Positions 47,316-50,920 of a stretch of 50,920 bases of DNA are shown in pieces. The notes under the pieces are model-generated. The model was given only the letters and a program-made list of their open reading frames with translations. It did not search any database and was not told the DNA's origin. How positions within the stretch are numbered: the first letter of the stretch is position 1; each line of letters opens with the position of its first letter. A program made the translations under genes and the position numbers. The stretch comes from Silvanigrellaceae bacterium (GTDB lineage: Bacteria > Bdellovibrionota_B > Oligoflexia > Silvanigrellales > Silvanigrellaceae): assembly GCA_049423385.1 (NCBI GenBank), contig JBMSQQ010000011.1, positions 1-50,920 on the forward strand, in the 5' to 3' direction.

Positions 47316-50057
47316 GTGATGATTTTAGGGTCACATTTGGAAGCTATGATTGAAAACCACGAGGCTCGTCAGGGGTGGAAGTCCGGAGGTTCCGGATCAG
47401 GCAGCCAGACATCGTCGGCAAGAAATTTTCCCGCACTCAAGTCCGCCAAGCAATATTATGAGCCACATCGTTACTGTCGTCAGATTCACTTGACGTTGGC
47501 GGGTCGACTCAATTTTGAAGAGGATCAGTTTGAGGCCTATGCGTTTGTCGTCGTCAAGGTGATGTCCGAAGGAGCGACTCAAGCCACTTTCGATGCACGT
47601 GAAATGGCAATCCATGACGTGCAGTTCGCGAGAGTGCCCTCATTCGATATCAACAACCCATACGCTATTGAAAGCCTGTCCTTCAAAGAGGTCGGGTTCG
47701 CTTATGATGACTCTGTGCTGACCCTGAAGTTTGATGAGGCACTTCGCCAGGGACAACTTGTTGTTGCCAAGATTCATTACACAATCACGAAACCGAATGC
47801 TGGTTTGTATTTTGTGCACAAGAAAAAGAATTCGGACGCAGCCTATGACTGCATCTGGACACAAGGACAAGACACGGATTCGCCGTTCTGGTTCCCATGT
47901 CAGGACGATCCGCGCATGAAAATCACGGTTCTCCAGAGGATGAGTTTCCCGGCTGCCTGGAAAGGACTTGGCAATGGGCAATGTCTGAGCGACTCGGTCG
48001 AGGGGAATTGGCGGACACAGGAATGGATTCTCCGTCATCCTCATGCTCCCTATCTTGTGGCCTTTGCCTGCGGCGAATTTCATGAACACAAGGTGATTTG
48101 GCGCGGACGAGACGTGAATGTTCTGGTTCCGCAAAAATTTCACGATACTGCAGTTGTGCTGGCACAAGACACTGCAAAGATGATGGAATTTTACTCCAAT
48201 TACTGGGGCTACGAATATCCCTGGAGCAAATATGGGCAGGCTTTTGTCGCCGACTTTCTTTACGGCGGAATGGAAAACACAACAGCAACATTCAATACGG
48301 ACAATGTGATTGGCCCTCAGGAATTCATGATTGGCAGCGAGTCGCGCAATTTTTTGGTGATGCATGAGCTTGCACATCAATGGTTTGGCGACACGGTCAC
48401 CTGTGAGACCTGGTCTGAAGGCTGGTTGAACGAAGGGTTTGCAACTCACTCAGAGGTTCTCTGGGAAGAGCATTGCAATGGCAAATCGGCAGGAATCTTT
48501 TACCTTCAGGAGCATTTTCAGGAAGGTTATCTTGAGGAGTCCAAAACCTACCAGCGGCCAATTGTTTTCAATCAGTTTGAATTTGTGTCCGAGATTTTCG
48601 ATGCGCACCTCTATGACAAGGGAGCATTGGTGTTGAATCACCTGCGTGACACGATTGGCGAAGATGCTTTCAGGCGTGCGATTGGGCATTATCTGACCAA
48701 GCATCAATTCTCTCCGGTTTCCACCCAGGACCTCATTCGTGCCATTGAGGAATCCACGGGATTCAATGCACGAAAGTTCTTCGATACTTTTGTTTTCAAG
48801 GCTGGGCATATCGAGTTGGAGGCCGAGATTCGCAAGCTGGACTCCGTTCCGAACGGGCTCGAGGTTTCACTCAGTCAGAAGCAAGGTCAGAAGGATGATC
48901 GTGAACTTTGCGAGTTCCAAACCAAAGTGTTTATCCAGTACGAAGATGGTTCAGGTGAAGAAAGATTGCTGCAGGTTTCCAAAGCCGACGAGAAAATCAT
49001 TCTCGCAGCCAAGCAGCCTGTGGCGTTCGCAATCGTTGATCCCAATTGTTCGATTGTTGGCTCTGTGAAGCAAAAGATCTCCCAGGAGTGGGCAAAAGCA
49101 GTGCTTTCCACGAGCAAATGTTCGGGCCCCTTGAGTTATTTCAAGTTCGTTGCGGCGCGCTCTTTGGTGGATGGTTTTGTTTCCCAGGAAGTCAAGGATC
49201 TTGTTCTGGGTTGGTTGAAGGGTGAGCAGCTTTGGCGTGCCCGGGCGAATGCCTACAGGATGATCTCCGATACAAATGCAGACCTCGCAGCAGAAATTCT
49301 CACTTCCTCAGTGGAACGGCATGCGCTTGCTCGGGCGTCATGGATTCTTTCAGTCAGCAAGAGTGCACTGCGCGAAAAGAATGAATGGTTGGCGCAACTC
49401 AAGGAAATTGCATCCCAACCGAGTGAACCCTTGAATGTTCGTGATTCGGCGCTCACAGGTATTGTCGATTTGCTGAGAAGAACACCGGCGCTGCGTTCAA
49501 ATGAGCATCGACAGGCGTTGACTTCCTGGGCTTGGACCTTGGCCCGTGGCACAACTCATCTTGGAATTGTTGAAGCTGCAGCCCTTCGATTGATTGGTGA
49601 ATTGGTGCAGCCTTCTGATGTGGGTCAATTGCAGGAGATGGTTGAGCAGCATTTGCTGCCTTTCAGGGTTCGCAATGCAGCCTTGAAGGCTGTGGCGACG
49701 TCCTCCGCTCGTTTTCCTGAGCTTCGCAGTGAAACTCGTCCTCTTCTCCAACAATATGCCGACCGGAGACATCCGGTCCGTTTGATTGCTGCTTTGCCGG
49801 ATGCCTGGATTGAATCCCAGGATGGAGCATTGGGAAGTGCGTTTGAATCCTTTATTCACCGGAAGAATTATGGATTGCTGTCAATGTTGATTCCACGGGC
49901 GAGGCGCAGTCAGGACAGATTCTTGAAGAAGCTTTCTCCTTCTTCTTTCAATGAAAAATTGTCCGAGCTTTCGGAGCTCAAGGAAAAAACCTTGAAGCTG
50001 GAAAAGGAACTCGAGTTGCTCAAGGAACTTGTAAAGAAAGCCCCGGCAAATTCCTGA
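47316..50057 (+). CDS. pepN: M1 family aminopeptidase with HEAT-like C-terminus and terminal coiled coil
   Basis: WTQGQ, GGMEN, HELAHQWFGD...WLNEGFA, YDKGALVL; RBS AGGAG. Confidence 0.92.
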   Translation: MMILGSHLEAMIENHEARQGWKSGGSGSGSQTSSARNFPALKSAKQYYEPHRYCRQIHLTLAGRLNFEEDQFEAYAFVVVKVMSEGATQATFDAREMAIHDVQFARVPSFDINNPYAIESLSFKEVGFAYDDSVLTLKFDEALRQGQLVVAKIHYTITKPNAGLYFVHKKKNSDAAYDCIWTQGQDTDSPFWFPCQDDPRMKITVLQRMSFPAAWKGLGNGQCLSDSVEGNWRTQEWILRHPHAPYLVAFACGEFHEHKVIWRGRDVNVLVPQKFHDTAVVLAQDTAKMMEFYSNYWGYEYPWSKYGQAFVADFLYGGMENTTATFNTDNVIGPQEFMIGSESRNFLVMHELAHQWFGDTVTCETWSEGWLNEGFATHSEVLWEEHCNGKSAGIFYLQEHFQEGYLEESKTYQRPIVFNQFEFVSEIFDAHLYDKGALVLNHLRDTIGEDAFRRAIGHYLTKHQFSPVSTQDLIRAIEESTGFNARKFFDTFVFKAGHIELEAEIRKLDSVPNGLEVSLSQKQGQKDDRELCEFQTKVFIQYEDGSGEERLLQVSKADEKIILAAKQPVAFAIVDPNCSIVGSVKQKISQEWAKAVLSTSKCSGPLSYFKFVAARSLVDGFVSQEVKDLVLGWLKGEQLWRARANAYRMISDTNADLAAEILTSSVERHALARASWILSVSKSALREKNEWLAQLKEIASQPSEPLNVRDSALTGIVDLLRRTPALRSNEHRQALTSWAWTLARGTTHLGIVEAAALRLIGELVQPSDVGQLQEMVEQHLLPFRVRNAALKAVATSSARFPELRSETRPLLQQYADRRHPVRLIAALPDAWIESQDGALGSAFESFIHRKNYGLLSMLIPRARRSQDRFLKKLSPSSFNEKLSELSELKEKTLKLEKELELLKELVKKAPANS

Positions 50058-50271
50058 AGTGAATATTTGCTTGGGAAAGTTGTGGACGACCCATTTCAAA
50101 ACGCCTGAAGGAGTGGTGTTTTGGATTTCGTTTTGTTTGTTTCTTTTGCGTATCCTGAATTAAATATAATAATAAAAACAATTATTTAAAAAAAAATTAA
50201 AGTTACGGTTTCCATCTCCGAAAAGTAACTCAGTGGAGAGTTGAAGGTTACTGATTGGAAGGAGACTGCAA

Positions 50272-50796
50272 ATGAAAGTAGAAACTGGCCTGCTGTTTTC
50301 TGTTTCGAATGATGTTTTGCGAGTGGTTGTTGGCTTGGTTTTGTTTGTGGTCGCGGCCTCGTTTATTGAGGATTCACGCACTCTGGAAGGATTGATCTCT
50401 GGTCCTCGTCTTCCGTTTGTATCATTTGTCTTGTCTCATCTTGTGATCGCTGCGCATTTGGCAGGTGGAGTGATGTTGGTTTTTGGTTTTCTGACGCGAA
50501 TTGCTGCTGCGCTCCAGATTCCCATTTTGCTCGGCGCGTTTGGTTTTTTTGTTTTTGGTGATTTTCCTGCGGATCAGTATTTGGTTTTGAATTTGTCTCC
50601 GATTGTTTTGTTGTCGTTGATTAATATCTTCGTCTCGGGGCCGGGTTGGTTTTCTGTTGATCGGTTGATTGGCATGGAAACGGTTGATCTTGGATCTGGT
50701 GAAGACTCGGACGTGCAAAACGGTACGGGCGCAGATTTGGTGGATGCCAGGAAGCTGGCTTTGCGTGAGCGCATTGGTGAGGTTCCGGTTGTTTGA
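50272..50796 (+). CDS. DoxX family membrane protein
   Basis: LRVVVG, AHLAGGVMLVFGFLTRIAAA, GPGWFSVD; RBS AGGAG. Confidence 0.8.
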   Translation: MKVETGLLFSVSNDVLRVVVGLVLFVVAASFIEDSRTLEGLISGPRLPFVSFVLSHLVIAAHLAGGVMLVFGFLTRIAAALQIPILLGAFGFFVFGDFPADQYLVLNLSPIVLLSLINIFVSGPGWFSVDRLIGMETVDLGSGEDSDVQNGTGADLVDARKLALRERIGEVPVV

Positions 50797-50920
50797 GTTT
50801 GAGTCTTTGAGCATTCGGTTTGGGCTTGAGGCTTTCTACGAATCCTGGGTTCGTGAAGCACTCTTGGTGCAATCTCCCCCCCCCTGAAAAAGCACTTGAG
50901 GGTCAGGTTCTGAATCGAAG

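Noticed and set aside
50797..50920. Possible tRNA or ncRNA at the window end
   Set aside because: No cloverleaf with consistent acceptor, D and T arms could be built

Overview
A gene-dense bacterial window of moderate GC. The style of the proteins (many Cys-rich lipoproteins, an AgmX/PglI-like domain, DUF6209-like and DUF4105-like proteins) suggests a Bdellovibrionota/Oligoflexia-like or other deltaproteobacterial-type organism; this is inference only. Recognisable blocks are: (i) a class 3 asparaginase homolog coupled to a 2-aminophenol 1,6-dioxygenase (amnB/amnA) pair; (ii) a ~7.8 kb minus-strand run of seven exported or lipoprotein genes, comprising a duplicated beta-domain protein, a vWA-like protein, three paralogous coiled-coil/hydrophobic-hairpin proteins, a class 3 lipase and an AgmX/PglI-like protein; (iii) a divergent two-gene unit encoding an LGFP-repeat beta-sheet protein and a beta-barrel+HEAT protein resembling the N-terminus of vitellogenin/MTP; (iv) carA-carB-argF; (v) GNAT, SDR and LLM monooxygenase divergent from kynB, a lipoprotein and an orphan Dam-type methylase; (vi) a DUF4105-like outer-membrane protein lacking its catalytic His/Cys; (vii) ettA; (viii) an alpha-glucan utilisation region (GH15, MalEFG-like, MalK-like, GH13 lipoprotein, DUF6209-like, S8 protease); (ix) M1 aminopeptidase and DoxX. 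No rRNA, tRNA, CRISPR array or transposase was recognised. The two best candidates for undescribed systems are the lipoprotein operon at 3306-11090 (possible multi-component membrane-attack or pore-forming apparatus) and the possible split bacterial large-lipid-transfer protein at 11319-15667. All family assignments are from motif recognition by eye, with no database searches.
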